A stretch of 64,000 nucleotides of DNA. Source: Steroidobacteraceae bacterium. GTDB lineage: Bacteria > Pseudomonadota > Gammaproteobacteria > Steroidobacterales > Steroidobacteraceae. The notes under the pieces are model-generated. The model was not told where the DNA came from. It did not search any database and worked only from the letters and a program-made list of their open reading frames with translations. The stretch spans positions 8,482 to 72,481 of the forward strand of contig DATAVA010000026.1 in the NCBI GenBank assembly GCA_036267975.1, given 5' to 3'. Below, in pieces: positions 27,302-37,842 of the stretch; position 1 is the first letter of the stretch; the number at the start of each line of letters is the position of its first letter. A program made the translations under genes and the position numbers.

Positions 27302-28663
27302 CTACTGCTGTCCAATGATGAACACAGATTCGGCGGTGATGCTGCGCGTCATGCCGTCCTTGTAGGTGCGGGCCCGCACGACAGTGGGTCCGCTGACACT
27401 GATCGGACTTGAATAAAGCATGTCCTGCGGTCCCGGCACGCTGCCATCCTCGGTGTAGCGGATCTGCGCCCCTGGATCAGGACTGGTGATTCTCACCGTC
27501 ACCGCCTTGCCGAAGGTGCCGCCATCAGGCGCGATTTTCGGCGGTGCCAGCACATCCTTGCCCGGCATGCTGTTGATCCAGTCGCGCAGCACCTGCACAC
27601 CCTGCGCATCAATCGTCTCGCGTGCGAGCGGTGGCATGCGGATGTCACCGTTGGTGTTGATGCGCATGTAGGCGATGGAACGCCAGATGTCGTGCGGCGC
27701 AATCACGTGCGGCCGGTCGATTCCTTCATTGATGAGAATCGGACCGTCGATCAGCTCCTGCTTAGCCAGCGGCGTGCTGTAGCGGGCATCAAAATACGCG
27801 ACGGTACCACCGGGGCGGTGGCAGTGGCCGCAGTTCGCATCCAGGTACGAGCGGGCGCGATCCTCGATACTGAGGGATGTATCGGACAGCGCTGCAAGCT
27901 TGGGCAGGGCCTGCAGCTGTGCGTCGGACAGCGACGTGTCAAGCAAATGCAGGTGATTGAAGGTGCGCAGCTCATTATCACTAATGCCGGAGGGGTACGT
28001 GAAACTGCGGTTGAGCTGGCGCGTCTTGAGGCCCAGCGTGCCACTGGTATGCGCGTTGTGGCAGGTGATGCAATTCTCGCGGCTCGGGTAATACCAGGGC
28101 TGCTCGCGGGTGCTGCCATCGCGCCGGCGAATCGCGACATTTTCAACCAGACTACTCGTGAGCAGATCCGCATCCGAGTTATCCGGGCGCCACTTGTAGT
28201 CGACACCGTAAACGCCGCCCTTGCCGTCCCGGACAATCAGTCTTGTCTCCAGCCGCCGCTTGATCTGCGGCTTTGCCTCGTCCGTCGGCAGTTCAAAGGT
28301 CTTCACGAATACCGTACCGGCAGGAAAAGTCCAGTCACCATCCGGTGTGAAGCCGATCTTCTGACCCTTCGGCAGCGCGAGGTACCGCACCTTGGCGGCA
28401 CCGTCTGACCAGAAGGGGACGATCAGGTCATACGGGATCAGGCCCGCGGCCGGGGTCATGGCCCGCACGTCCGTGAAAACCCCCGTCTGCGACAGCAGCG
28501 CCGGAATCCTTCCATGCGCGCTGCTGGGCATGTTCAGATAGGCCTTGGGAGGCACCCGTGAGGCGATGCCATAGGCTGCAGGTGCACCTGCTCGGCTCAT
28601 CGGGGTGACGGCCAACAAGCCGAACACTGCCACTGCCAGCACTACGAATTTGAAGCTTTCCAA
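27302..28663 (-). CDS. Secreted diheme c-type cytochrome (HNE_0200/SO2930-like) with C-terminal chitobiase/FN3-like domain
   Basis: 453 aa. LLSQTGVF...PYDLIVPFWSDGAAKVRY, two heme motifs (CITCH, CGHCH), C-terminal VTVRITSPDPGAQIRYTEDGS..VRARTYK. Confidence 0.7.
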   Translation of the reverse strand: MESFKFVVLAVAVFGLLAVTPMSRAGAPAAYGIASRVPPKAYLNMPSSAHGRIPALLSQTGVFTDVRAMTPAAGLIPYDLIVPFWSDGAAKVRYLALPKGQKIGFTPDGDWTFPAGTVFVKTFELPTDEAKPQIKRRLETRLIVRDGKGGVYGVDYKWRPDNSDADLLTSSLVENVAIRRRDGSTREQPWYYPSRENCITCHNAHTSGTLGLKTRQLNRSFTYPSGISDNELRTFNHLHLLDTSLSDAQLQALPKLAALSDTSLSIEDRARSYLDANCGHCHRPGGTVAYFDARYSTPLAKQELIDGPILINEGIDRPHVIAPHDIWRSIAYMRINTNGDIRMPPLARETIDAQGVQVLRDWINSMPGKDVLAPPKIAPDGGTFGKAVTVRITSPDPGAQIRYTEDGSVPGPQDMLYSSPISVSGPTVVRARTYKDGMTRSITAESVFIIGQQ

Positions 28664-28871
28664 CAGTCAACCTCGAAAAAGCGAGGGCCGCGCCCCTTTT
28701 TCAGGCGCACTCACCCTATTCTTATAGACCGCCGCGGGGGCCGAAAGATCCCTGCCATCGCATCGTGCGCGGCGCCTTGCCCGGTGCGCATCCGCAACGG
28801 TCAGGAGAATTTCCCGAGCAGTATTCGCTACGCTGCGCGCGCCGCTCAGACGGATTAGATGGGGTTTTCCT

Positions 28872-31259
28872 GTGAATAAAAAGTATCGTGCCATCGGGCC
28901 AAGTGTACTCTACGCAACTGTTTTTCTGGGTATCGCGCCCGCCGTCCTGGCCCAGAGCGCAGATCAACCCGGTGACTCAGGAAAGTTGCAGACTGTAACA
29001 GTGACGGCAACGGCGATACCGGGCGCGGAGATCGACATCGACAAGGTTGCGGGCAATGTGCAGGTTTTGACCTCCGCCGACCTCATCCGCGATGGCTCGG
29101 CGAGCCTCACGAATGCGCTGAATTCGAACCTCAGCAGCATCAGCATCAATGACGACCTTGACGATCCCTTTCAGCCCGACATCCTGTATCGCGGTTTTGA
29201 GGCCTCCCCGGTTCTGGGCACGCCGCAGGGTCTCGCGGTGTATCAGAATGGCGTGCGTATCAATGAGGCCTTCGGCGACACCGTCAATTGGGACCTGTTC
29301 CCCGACGTCGCCATCGACCGGGTCGAACTCGTCAGCGCAAGTCCGCTCTATGGCCTCAATGCGCTCGGTGGCGCCATTTCGATCACCATGAAAAACGGGT
29401 TCAGCTACCAGGGCGGCGACCTGGAGCTGTCCGGGGGTTCCTTCGGGCAGCGCTCGGCCACCCTTCAGTACGGAGTCAACAACGGTATATTCGGATTCTA
29501 TGTTGCGAGCCGTGCAGTGGACTGGAACGGCTGGCGCCAGTTTTCGAACGACAGAATGCGTGACGTGTACGCCGTCCTGAGTGCGCACACGGACACGGCA
29601 ACGCTTGATTTGAGCTATACCCGCACGGACAACGCGATGGACGGGCAGGGACCGGCGCCGGTGCAGGAGCTGGCCGTGAGCCGCTCATTGGTTTTCACCG
29701 GCCCGCAGGCCAACATCAACAGCCTGAACTTTCTGACGCTCAATGGCACGCTCAAACTCACTAATACCTGGTCGCTGCAGGGCGTGCTCTATTACCGACA
29801 GTACGCGCAGGGCGTGCAAAACGGCGACAACTCGGACTACATGGCGTGCGCCGATACGCCCGGAATCCTCTGCCAGCCCGACGGCGTCACGCCGCTGACG
29901 AACGCGGCGGGCGCGCAACTGCCCGACATTTCCGACGGCGGCAATCTGGTCATCGGCCAGAATGACTTCGAAGTCATCAATGCGTGGAGCCGCGGCGCCT
30001 CCTTTCAGGTCGCCAACGCGGACTCACTCTTCGGGCGCGAGAATCATTTTGCCGTGGGCGCCGCGGTCGACTATGCATCGACGAGCTTCTTCTCCGGCAC
30101 GCAGATCGGCGTGCTCAATTCGGCCTTGCTCGTGCTGCCATCCGATCTGCTCGTCTTCACACCGGAGAACTCCGACGCCGCGGTCGACAATGGTGATCCG
30201 ACGCCGGTGAGCGTCGCCTCCATCAACAAGAACTTCGGCGTTTTCGTGACTGACACGTTCAATGTGACAGCGGACCTTGCCGTCACTGCCAGCGGCCGCT
30301 ACAACGTCGCGCATATCAATCTTGCGGACCAGTTCGGCGATAATCTCAGCGGCTATAACCGCTTTGTACATTTCAATCCGGCCGTCGGCGCCACGTATAA
30401 GGTGCTGCCGACGATGACTCTCTACGGAGGCTGGTCGACCAATACCCGCACGCCGACCGCCAGCGAAATCGAGTGTTCGGATCCGCTCACTCCGTGCCTG
30501 TTGCCCACGAATCTCGCCGGTGATCCGCCGCTGCTGAAGCAAGTCGTCTCGCACACCACCGAACTGGGCCTGCGCGGCACGCTGCCCGACTTGGCCGGCG
30601 GTGAGATTTCCTGGAACTTGAGCGGTTTCCGCACACTGCTCGAGAATGATATTTTCGGTATTGCGACTTCCATCAGCCAGGGATTCTTCCAGAATATTGG
30701 CGAAACGCGTCGTCAGGGCTTCGAGGCGGGCATCGGCTATCACGGGGAGCGGTGGTCGGCCTTCGCCAACTACAGCTTCGTCCAGGCGACCTTCCGGTCG
30801 GCCCTGACCGTTCCGTCACCGTCGAATCCTTTCCAGGACGATGATGGGGACATCCAGGTGACCCCGGGAGACCGCATGCCCGGCATTCCCGAGAATCGCC
30901 TGAAACTGGGTGCGGATTTCAGAATCATTCCGGATTGGACCGTGGGCGCCACGCTGAACGTGGTCAGCAGCTCCTTCTACGTCGGGGATGAGTCCAATCA
31001 GCTTCCGGCGCTGCCCGGCTATGCGGTCGTGAACCTGCACACCTCATACAAGCCTTCCGCGCACTTTGAGGTCTTCGCCTCGATCAGCAATCTGCTGAAT
31101 CGCAAGTATTCGACCTGGGGTATTCTGAGTGATCCCACGGGCATCAACGCACCGGGCATTCCGGCCGATGCCGACTCCAATGATCCTGGCGTCGACAACC
31201 GTTTCCAAAGTCCGGCGGCGCCCTTCGAGGTGTTCGGCGGCGTGCGACTGACGCTGTAG
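28872..31259 (+). CDS. TonB-dependent receptor
   Basis: 795 aa with a signal peptide. Plug region LQTVTVTATAIPG...NVQVLTSADL..., IYRGFEASP, and it ends VFGGVRLTL. Confidence 0.9.
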   Translation: MNKKYRAIGPSVLYATVFLGIAPAVLAQSADQPGDSGKLQTVTVTATAIPGAEIDIDKVAGNVQVLTSADLIRDGSASLTNALNSNLSSISINDDLDDPFQPDILYRGFEASPVLGTPQGLAVYQNGVRINEAFGDTVNWDLFPDVAIDRVELVSASPLYGLNALGGAISITMKNGFSYQGGDLELSGGSFGQRSATLQYGVNNGIFGFYVASRAVDWNGWRQFSNDRMRDVYAVLSAHTDTATLDLSYTRTDNAMDGQGPAPVQELAVSRSLVFTGPQANINSLNFLTLNGTLKLTNTWSLQGVLYYRQYAQGVQNGDNSDYMACADTPGILCQPDGVTPLTNAAGAQLPDISDGGNLVIGQNDFEVINAWSRGASFQVANADSLFGRENHFAVGAAVDYASTSFFSGTQIGVLNSALLVLPSDLLVFTPENSDAAVDNGDPTPVSVASINKNFGVFVTDTFNVTADLAVTASGRYNVAHINLADQFGDNLSGYNRFVHFNPAVGATYKVLPTMTLYGGWSTNTRTPTASEIECSDPLTPCLLPTNLAGDPPLLKQVVSHTTELGLRGTLPDLAGGEISWNLSGFRTLLENDIFGIATSISQGFFQNIGETRRQGFEAGIGYHGERWSAFANYSFVQATFRSALTVPSPSNPFQDDDGDIQVTPGDRMPGIPENRLKLGADFRIIPDWTVGATLNVVSSSFYVGDESNQLPALPGYAVVNLHTSYKPSAHFEVFASISNLLNRKYSTWGILSDPTGINAPGIPADADSNDPGVDNRFQSPAAPFEVFGGVRLTL

Positions 31260-31459
31260 CGCGCCGCCCCAGCCGCGCCGTGCGAGGCGCGCGCTACCGC
31301 GCCGGATGTGACGATTCGGTGGAGCATCGTGCACCGGAATGATGCGGCAGCCACGCTATCCGCCTCGCGGGCAGGCAATCCAGGGATTACTTGCGGATCC
31401 GCGGAAATTCAGCAAACTCTAGTGGCTGGGGCCATTGGAGTCAGCATGAGCCGCACCGC

Positions 31460-34141
31460 ATGACAGTTCCCGCGAAGCCGATCACCCAGAACGCGGATAT
31501 TCGCTATCTCGGCAAGCTCCTGGGCGATGTGATCCGTGCCTATGGCGGAACCGAGCTGTTCGAGCGCATCGAGTACATCCGGGCGCGCTCGGTGGATCGG
31601 CACCGTGGAATTTCCGATGCGGCCGCGATGGATCGCGGGCTGGAGGCGCTGAGTCTGGATGACACGCTGGCATTTGTCCGCAGCTTCATGCTGTTTTCGA
31701 TGCTCGCCAATTTGGCCGAGGACCGACAGGGCGGCGGCAGCCGCGCGGGCGAGGACGTGGCGGTGGCTCTGCAGGGGCTCGCAGCCAAAGGCATTGGGGC
31801 CGATCAGGCCGCGCAGGTGCTCGATCGGGCGCTCATCGTACCGGTGCTGACCGCGCATCCCACCGAGGTCATGCGCAAAAGCATGATCGACCACCGCAAT
31901 CGTATCGCGGACCTGATGCGCCTGCGTGACCAAGGCCTGTCGCAGGCCACGGGGGGCGAAGAAATCGAGCAGGCCCTGCTGCGCCAGATTGCACTGCTTT
32001 GGCAGACGCGACCCCTGCGCCGCGAGCGCATCATTGTCGCGGATGAGGTCGAGATTGCACTCGCGTACCTGCGCGACATCTTCCTGCCGGTATTGCCCAT
32101 GCTGTACGCACGCTGGGAGCGCCACCTGCCCCAGCGACCCCGCAGCTTCCTGCGGCTGGGCAGCTGGATCGGCGGCGATCGAGACGGCAATCCGAACGTG
32201 AACGCGGCGACCCTGGATTACGCACTGGGACGCTCGGCCGCGGCGGTACTCGATAACTATCTACAGCAGTTGAATGGACTTGGCGCGGAGCTGTCCATCT
32301 CCAGCGAACTGGCGACGCCGACGGCGCAGGTGATGGCATTGGCGCAGGCGAGCGGTGACACTAGTCCCGCGCGCGAGGACGAGCCGTACCGGCGCGCTCT
32401 GACGGGCTGCTACGCGCGGCTCGCGGCCAGCTATGAACGGATCACCGGACGGCCGCCCGCGCGGCGCGCGACGGTGCCGGGAGTGGCGTATGCAAGTCCC
32501 GAAGAATTGCGCACTGATCTGGTCGCCATTGCGCATTCGCTGGCGCAACGAGGTGCCGGACTGCTGGCGACCGGGGGCGCCTTAGCGCGCCTGGTGCGCG
32601 CGGTCGACAGTTTCGGTTTTCATCTTGCGACCCTTGATCTGCGCCAGAACTCCGATGTGCACGCGCGCGTGGTCGCGGATCTGCTCGCCGTGGCTGGCGT
32701 CGAGGCGCGTTACCAGGACCTCGATGAGGCCGCACGCGTGGCGCTGCTGCGTCGCGAGCTCGGGAGCCAGCGCCTGCTGTGCAGTCCGTATTCGCAATAC
32801 ACCGAGGAGACCCAGTCGGAACTGGCAATTGTGCGCGCCGCCGCTGCGGCCCACACCCGCTTCGGTGCCGGCTGCATCACCAGCTACAACATTTCCAAAT
32901 GCGAAAGCGTCTCGGACATGCTGGAAGTGAACCTGATGCTCAAGGAGGCCGGCCTCTACCGTCCGGCGGATCCTGCTGCTGCATCCATCATGGTCGTGCC
33001 GCTGTTTGAGACCATCGCCGACCTGCAGAATGCACCGCAGGTGATGCAGGCCTGGTTCGCATTACCGGAAATCCGCAAGGTTGCCAGACGGCGCGGCTAC
33101 CAGGAGGTGATGGTCGGTTATTCGGATTCGAATAAGGATGGCGGCTACCTCACCTCGGTGTGGAGCCTGAACCGCGCCACGCGGGCCCTGGCGCGGGTGT
33201 TCGAGGACGCCCAGATCCGCATGCAGATCTTCCATGGACGCGGTGGCGCAGTGGGTCGGGGCGGCGGCTCCTCCTACGGAGCGATCCGCGCGCAGCCGCC
33301 GGGCACCGTGCAGGGACGTATCCGGATCACCGAACAGGGCGAGGTCATCGCCGCGAAGTACGGCACGCCGGAAAGCGCGGCCGCGAATCTCGAGGCCATC
33401 ACGGCGGCGACGCTGCTTGCATCCCTGGAGCCCACCTCCGCCTCTGATGAGGCACTGGTGGCGCGTTTCGCCACCGCCATGGAGGAGATCTCCGCCGCGG
33501 CATTCGGCACCTATCGTGGCCTGGTCTACGAAACCGAAGGCTTCAAGACCTTCTTTCGCCAAATGACGCCGCTGACTGAAATCGCCGAGCTGAAAATCGG
33601 TTCGCGTCCGGCTTCGCGTACCCAGTCGGATCGCATCGAGGACCTGCGCGCCATCCCCTGGGTGTTCAGTTGGGCGCAGGCGCGCGTCATGCTGCCGGGC
33701 TGGTATGGCACTGGCCAGGCGCTGAACGCCTTCAAGGATCGCGGACTGCTGCGGGACATGGCCGCGACGTGGCCATTTTTTCAGTCGACGCTCGATAACC
33801 TGGAGATGGTGCTGGCCAAATCGGACATGCCCATCGCCCGCCGCTACGCGACCCTGGTCGAGGATCGCGCCCTGGCCGATGCACTGTTTGCGCGCATCGA
33901 AACGGCCTGGCAAACGACGCATGACACCTTGCTGGATATCACAGGCCAGTCGCGCCTGCTGGAGAAGCATCCGGCGCTGGATGCCTCCATCCGGTTGCGT
34001 CTGCCCTATATCGAACCTTTGAACCTGCTGCAGGTCGAGTTGTTGAAGCGTCATCGGGCCGGCGAAACCGACGCGCGGGTCCGCGAAGGCATCCAGTTGT
34101 CCATCAATGCCGTGGCAACCGCGCTGCGCAACAGCGGCTGA
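31460..34141 (+). CDS. ppc: Phosphoenolpyruvate carboxylase
   Basis: VLTAHPTE, GYSDSNKDGG, FHGRGGAVGRGGG, LRLPYIEPLNLLQVELLKR. ATG 31460 places the conserved IRYLGKLLGDVI near the N-terminus. Confidence 0.95.
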   Translation: MTVPAKPITQNADIRYLGKLLGDVIRAYGGTELFERIEYIRARSVDRHRGISDAAAMDRGLEALSLDDTLAFVRSFMLFSMLANLAEDRQGGGSRAGEDVAVALQGLAAKGIGADQAAQVLDRALIVPVLTAHPTEVMRKSMIDHRNRIADLMRLRDQGLSQATGGEEIEQALLRQIALLWQTRPLRRERIIVADEVEIALAYLRDIFLPVLPMLYARWERHLPQRPRSFLRLGSWIGGDRDGNPNVNAATLDYALGRSAAAVLDNYLQQLNGLGAELSISSELATPTAQVMALAQASGDTSPAREDEPYRRALTGCYARLAASYERITGRPPARRATVPGVAYASPEELRTDLVAIAHSLAQRGAGLLATGGALARLVRAVDSFGFHLATLDLRQNSDVHARVVADLLAVAGVEARYQDLDEAARVALLRRELGSQRLLCSPYSQYTEETQSELAIVRAAAAAHTRFGAGCITSYNISKCESVSDMLEVNLMLKEAGLYRPADPAAASIMVVPLFETIADLQNAPQVMQAWFALPEIRKVARRRGYQEVMVGYSDSNKDGGYLTSVWSLNRATRALARVFEDAQIRMQIFHGRGGAVGRGGGSSYGAIRAQPPGTVQGRIRITEQGEVIAAKYGTPESAAANLEAITAATLLASLEPTSASDEALVARFATAMEEISAAAFGTYRGLVYETEGFKTFFRQMTPLTEIAELKIGSRPASRTQSDRIEDLRAIPWVFSWAQARVMLPGWYGTGQALNAFKDRGLLRDMAATWPFFQSTLDNLEMVLAKSDMPIARRYATLVEDRALADALFARIETAWQTTHDTLLDITGQSRLLEKHPALDASIRLRLPYIEPLNLLQVELLKRHRAGETDARVREGIQLSINAVATALRNSG

Positions 34142-34171
34142 CGGCGTTACATTGTTTTTAGGTGGGGGGCT

Positions 34172-35203
34172 ATGAACATTCTGATGAAGGCGGTGGCACG
34201 CGCGGTCGCGGCTGGCATGTTGTGTGGGTTCGTGACGGGCGCCGCTGCGCCCAGTAGCACGCCCTGTGATCGGGCCTGCCTGCGCGACATCGCCGAGACT
34301 TACCTGGCTGCGATGCTGGCGCACGCGCCCGCGAAGGCGCCGCTCGCCCTGAATGCCCGCTACACGGAAAACGGCGTTGACCTGTCAATTCCGGACGGGC
34401 TTTGGCGCACGCTCGACAAGCTGGGAACCTACCGGCTGTATGTTGCGGATCCCCAGGACCGCACAATCGCCTTTCTGGCCAAGGGGCTGGAAAATGGCGC
34501 ACCGGTGCTGATCGGCACGCGGCTGCGGGTCATCAATCACCAGATCACCGAAATGGAAAGTGTGGTCGCCCGGCTGAGCAACACCACCGGTGGCGCGCTG
34601 TTCGGTACGGCGGCAAAAAACATGAGTATCGATGGCGAGCCGCGCCCGCAGTTCGTCACCGATCTGCCGGCCGCCTCGCGCCGCACCGCGGCCCAGCTGG
34701 CCGCCATCGTCAATGGCTACTTCACCGGCCTCGAAGGCAATACCGGGGATAAGCCGCCACAGTTTGCGGCCGACTGTCAACGCCTGGAGAACGAGACGCC
34801 GACCACCAACGTTCCGGCGGCACAGGGAGCGCAGCCCGGCGCGGCCAGCCTGTCGTGCGCCAAGGCCTTTGGTCTTGGCTATTACCATGAGGACACGCGG
34901 CTGCGTAACCGCCGCATTCTGGCAGTTGATACCGCGCGCGGTCTGGTGGTCGCCAGCGTGTTTTTTGATCACGATGCCACCGTGCGCCACTACCAGCTCA
35001 AGGACGGTCGGGAGATCAAGGTGCGCAACACCGGACCCTGGACGTGGATGATTCAGGAATATTTCGAAGTCAATGCCGCCGGCAAGATCAGCCAGGTCGA
35101 GGCGGTACTCGTGTCGGTGCCGTACGGCACGCGTCCTGGCTGGGTCAGCGGGGTGCACATGCCGAGCCCGCAGGCAAAGGTGGATCACTTCCGCGAATAC
35201 TGA
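34172..35203 (+). CDS. Hypothetical secreted protein
   Basis: 343-aa ORF with a hydrophobic N-terminus and GC3-rich codon usage. No motif I recognise. Starts 30 nt after ppc. Confidence 0.6.
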   Translation: MNILMKAVARAVAAGMLCGFVTGAAAPSSTPCDRACLRDIAETYLAAMLAHAPAKAPLALNARYTENGVDLSIPDGLWRTLDKLGTYRLYVADPQDRTIAFLAKGLENGAPVLIGTRLRVINHQITEMESVVARLSNTTGGALFGTAAKNMSIDGEPRPQFVTDLPAASRRTAAQLAAIVNGYFTGLEGNTGDKPPQFAADCQRLENETPTTNVPAAQGAQPGAASLSCAKAFGLGYYHEDTRLRNRRILAVDTARGLVVASVFFDHDATVRHYQLKDGREIKVRNTGPWTWMIQEYFEVNAAGKISQVEAVLVSVPYGTRPGWVSGVHMPSPQAKVDHFREY

Positions 35204-35229
35204 AGAGCCTGCATGGCGACGGCGCGTCG

Positions 35230-37701
35230 TTATTCGTCCCTGAACTGATAACTGACGGTCACCCCCACCGTGCGCGGTGTGGACACCACCGCCTGGTAGA
35301 AGCTCGCGTAGTTGAATGGATCGGACCAAGAGCTGATGCCCAGTGTGTCCGTCAGGTTATTGCAGTACGCCGCCAGCATCCAATGGGAAACATCCCAGGT
35401 CAGGCGCGTATCGACGGTGGTGTAGCCGGGCACGGTCGGAATCGTGGCCGAAAGGGCCGGGATCAGCGAGCTTTGATAATGGACACTCAACGAGTAGGCA
35501 AGTTCACCTTGGCCCAACCTGACGTGGCCATAGGTGAGCGTAGCCGCGACGCTGGATTTGGGCGTCGCCGGCAACGGGCCGCCGGGCGCCGGCGGCGGTA
35601 CCGCAAGTCCCGCCAGGGCATCGTCGGCATAGGACAGCAGCTTGGTCTGGTCATAGGTATAGGACAGCTGGGCGCTCAGGCGCGCGGTGATATTGGCGAA
35701 AATATCGGTCTCGATGCCCTTGCTGTAGGCGTGGCCGACATTGATGGCACCGGGCAGCACCAACGGCGTCAGCTGCGCGCCCTCCTGGACATGCTGCCAA
35801 TCGATGTAGAACACATCCGCCGAATAGCGGACCCGGTTGGCAATCGTGCCCTTGAGGCCGACCTCGTAATTGTCGGCGGTGTCCGGTGCGACCTTGTACA
35901 GCGCCGGGTCAGTGGTGTAGTTGACGGCTGGCTCGTTGGGAGGCAGCGCGTTGACACCGCCGCGCCGGAAGCCCTGAGACCAGGTGGCGTACACTAGGTT
36001 GGTGGGATCGAGCTGATAGGACGTGTTCATCTTCCACAGTGCCCGGCGCCAGGTGTCGCTCAAGGAGTTGTTGGCGATTGACTCCGGACCGTCAAACAGC
36101 AGTCCTGTCTGCTGCGACTGAGCCACGGTCTGCTTGAACAGACGCGCGCCACCGGTGACGCTCCACGGATCGAAAATATGCCAGGTGAGTTCTCCGAAGG
36201 TCGCCAAGTCCGTGAATTTGGTTTCGAAGTCGCCGATGTAGGCCTGGTCGAGGACGATGGGGATACCGTCCACATAGTTTGGCGGATTGCCGGGTGTGTA
36301 GGCCGTCTCCCCGATGCCACACTCGGATGGGGTCACGCCATCACCGTTGCTCACACCGTACAGCGGCACGCAGGCGTTGAAGAAATCGTTATAGCCGTGA
36401 TAGAACTCATGCTCCTGAATGTCCGTGGTTTCGTTGCGATAGAACAGACCCGCGATCCAATCGAGCCTGCCGCCGGACTTGGAGGCCAGCCGGATTTCCT
36501 CGGCCCAGGGCTTGTCGTTGAGTTCGTCGTGACCGGTAACCAGAACGCGCGGATTGGCGCCGTACAGGGACGGATAGAATGGGAACGAGGAGTACAGCCC
36601 CGTCAGATCGGAGTTGGCGTGGTTGACGTGCCGTCCCCAGGAGGAGTTCGACGTCAAGGTCGCAAATCCCAGCTCATCATTGAGTGTCAGCGCAATCACA
36701 TCCACCTTGTCCTGCGTGGAGCCGCGCGTGAGATCTGTGGACTGGTAAGTGTCCACGCCGTATTGCGGCGAGGAGTAAGGAAAGCCGCCGGCCGTAGAGT
36801 ACTGGTTGTAGTAGGACAGCTGCGCCTTGAAGGTGTCGGTGGGCTTCCACAGCACGGAGGTACGGGCCGAGCGATAGGTGTACCCATTGGTTCCCTTGGC
36901 AGAGCCTGTCACGGCCGGACTGAACGGGTCGGCGGGGTTTTGGAGAATGGGGGCGCCGCTGGCATCCAGCGCGTACAGATGGGGCTGATCGATGAACCCG
37001 GCATCATTCGTGTAGCTGGCATTTGCCCGTATGGCAAGTGTACTGCTGAGCGGAATATTGATCATTCCGCTGATATCGGCATTCGCCCGATGGGTATGGT
37101 CGGTGTCACTGCCGCCCGTGGAAAACTTCGCGTCAAAGGCTTCCGGATCGGGCGCGTTCTGTACGTAGCGAATCGTGCCGCCCAGCGAGCCCGACCCGTA
37201 CAGCGTGCCTTGCGGACCGCGGAGGATTTCCACGTGATCGAGGTCATCCAGCCGCAGGTTTACATACAACGGGGTGTCGTCGACGTAGGTGGCAACCGGC
37301 GGCACGATGGGCGTGGCCAGTGCCAGCTGCCCGGCCGTGGCCTCGCTGTTGAGGCCGCGGATGATGAGCGTCGAGCCATTGGCATCCCCAAACGGTCCCT
37401 TGTCGGTGTAGTTGATTCCGGCCATCGAACGCGCGAGGGAAGCGACATCCTCGATGCCGGCGGCTTCGAGCTGGTAGCCGCTGACCGCGATGATGCTCAT
37501 CGGCAGTTCCTGAGCCGAAGCCTCGCGGCGTGTCGCCGTGACAGTGACTTCCTGGAGCGTGTCGACCTCGTCCGCCGTCGCCGTGGCGCTGGCCGCGGCA
37601 TCGGTGAGCACATCCGCCGACCAGGCGGCGGTGCCATACACAGCGGTGAGTACTGCGAGCGTGATCGTGCGGGTGGGACGCGTCGGCTTTGAAGTCTTCA
37701 A
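35230..37701 (-). CDS. TonB-dependent receptor (downstream of guanidine-I riboswitch)
   Basis: Start refined to TTG 37701, 7 nt after GAGGAG (MKTSKPTRPTRTITLAVLTAVYGTAAWSA). Plug LQEVTVTATRRE...IIRGLNSE, a long beta-barrel, and it ends VTVSYQFRDE. Confidence 0.88.
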   Translation of the reverse strand: MKTSKPTRPTRTITLAVLTAVYGTAAWSADVLTDAAASATATADEVDTLQEVTVTATRREASAQELPMSIIAVSGYQLEAAGIEDVASLARSMAGINYTDKGPFGDANGSTLIIRGLNSEATAGQLALATPIVPPVATYVDDTPLYVNLRLDDLDHVEILRGPQGTLYGSGSLGGTIRYVQNAPDPEAFDAKFSTGGSDTDHTHRANADISGMINIPLSSTLAIRANASYTNDAGFIDQPHLYALDASGAPILQNPADPFSPAVTGSAKGTNGYTYRSARTSVLWKPTDTFKAQLSYYNQYSTAGGFPYSSPQYGVDTYQSTDLTRGSTQDKVDVIALTLNDELGFATLTSNSSWGRHVNHANSDLTGLYSSFPFYPSLYGANPRVLVTGHDELNDKPWAEEIRLASKSGGRLDWIAGLFYRNETTDIQEHEFYHGYNDFFNACVPLYGVSNGDGVTPSECGIGETAYTPGNPPNYVDGIPIVLDQAYIGDFETKFTDLATFGELTWHIFDPWSVTGGARLFKQTVAQSQQTGLLFDGPESIANNSLSDTWRRALWKMNTSYQLDPTNLVYATWSQGFRRGGVNALPPNEPAVNYTTDPALYKVAPDTADNYEVGLKGTIANRVRYSADVFYIDWQHVQEGAQLTPLVLPGAINVGHAYSKGIETDIFANITARLSAQLSYTYDQTKLLSYADDALAGLAVPPPAPGGPLPATPKSSVAATLTYGHVRLGQGELAYSLSVHYQSSLIPALSATIPTVPGYTTVDTRLTWDVSHWMLAAYCNNLTDTLGISSWSDPFNYASFYQAVVSTPRTVGVTVSYQFRDE

Positions 37702-37803
37702 GATCCATCTCCTCACAAACCTGCATGAACAGGTCTGATTGCGCTGGCCAAATTCGGCCAATTGCGAGGATGTCTTGCGTGTCCCGGAGGTTCTCCTGGT
37801 GCA

Positions 37804-37842
37804 GGAGATCTCTCGGGGCGTCATCCCCGCAGCCAGATCTCC
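37804..37842 (-). promoter_or_regulatory. Candidate expression-platform hairpin of the riboswitch
   Basis: On the minus strand GGAGATCT (37842-37835, the last bases of the aptamer) pairs perfectly with AGATCTCC (37811-37804). There is an inner CGGGG/CCCCG helix and no U-tract. Confidence 0.4.

Noticed and set aside
28770-28815. Leader of the TonB receptor 28872 with CCGGTGCGC...CGCAACGGTCAGGAG, reminiscent of the cobalamin core or guanidine-III motifs
   Set aside because: No GCCACTG/GGGAAGG elements, no B12 box, no ACGR loop and no complementary 3' strand for a pseudoknot. The similarity is too fragmentary.
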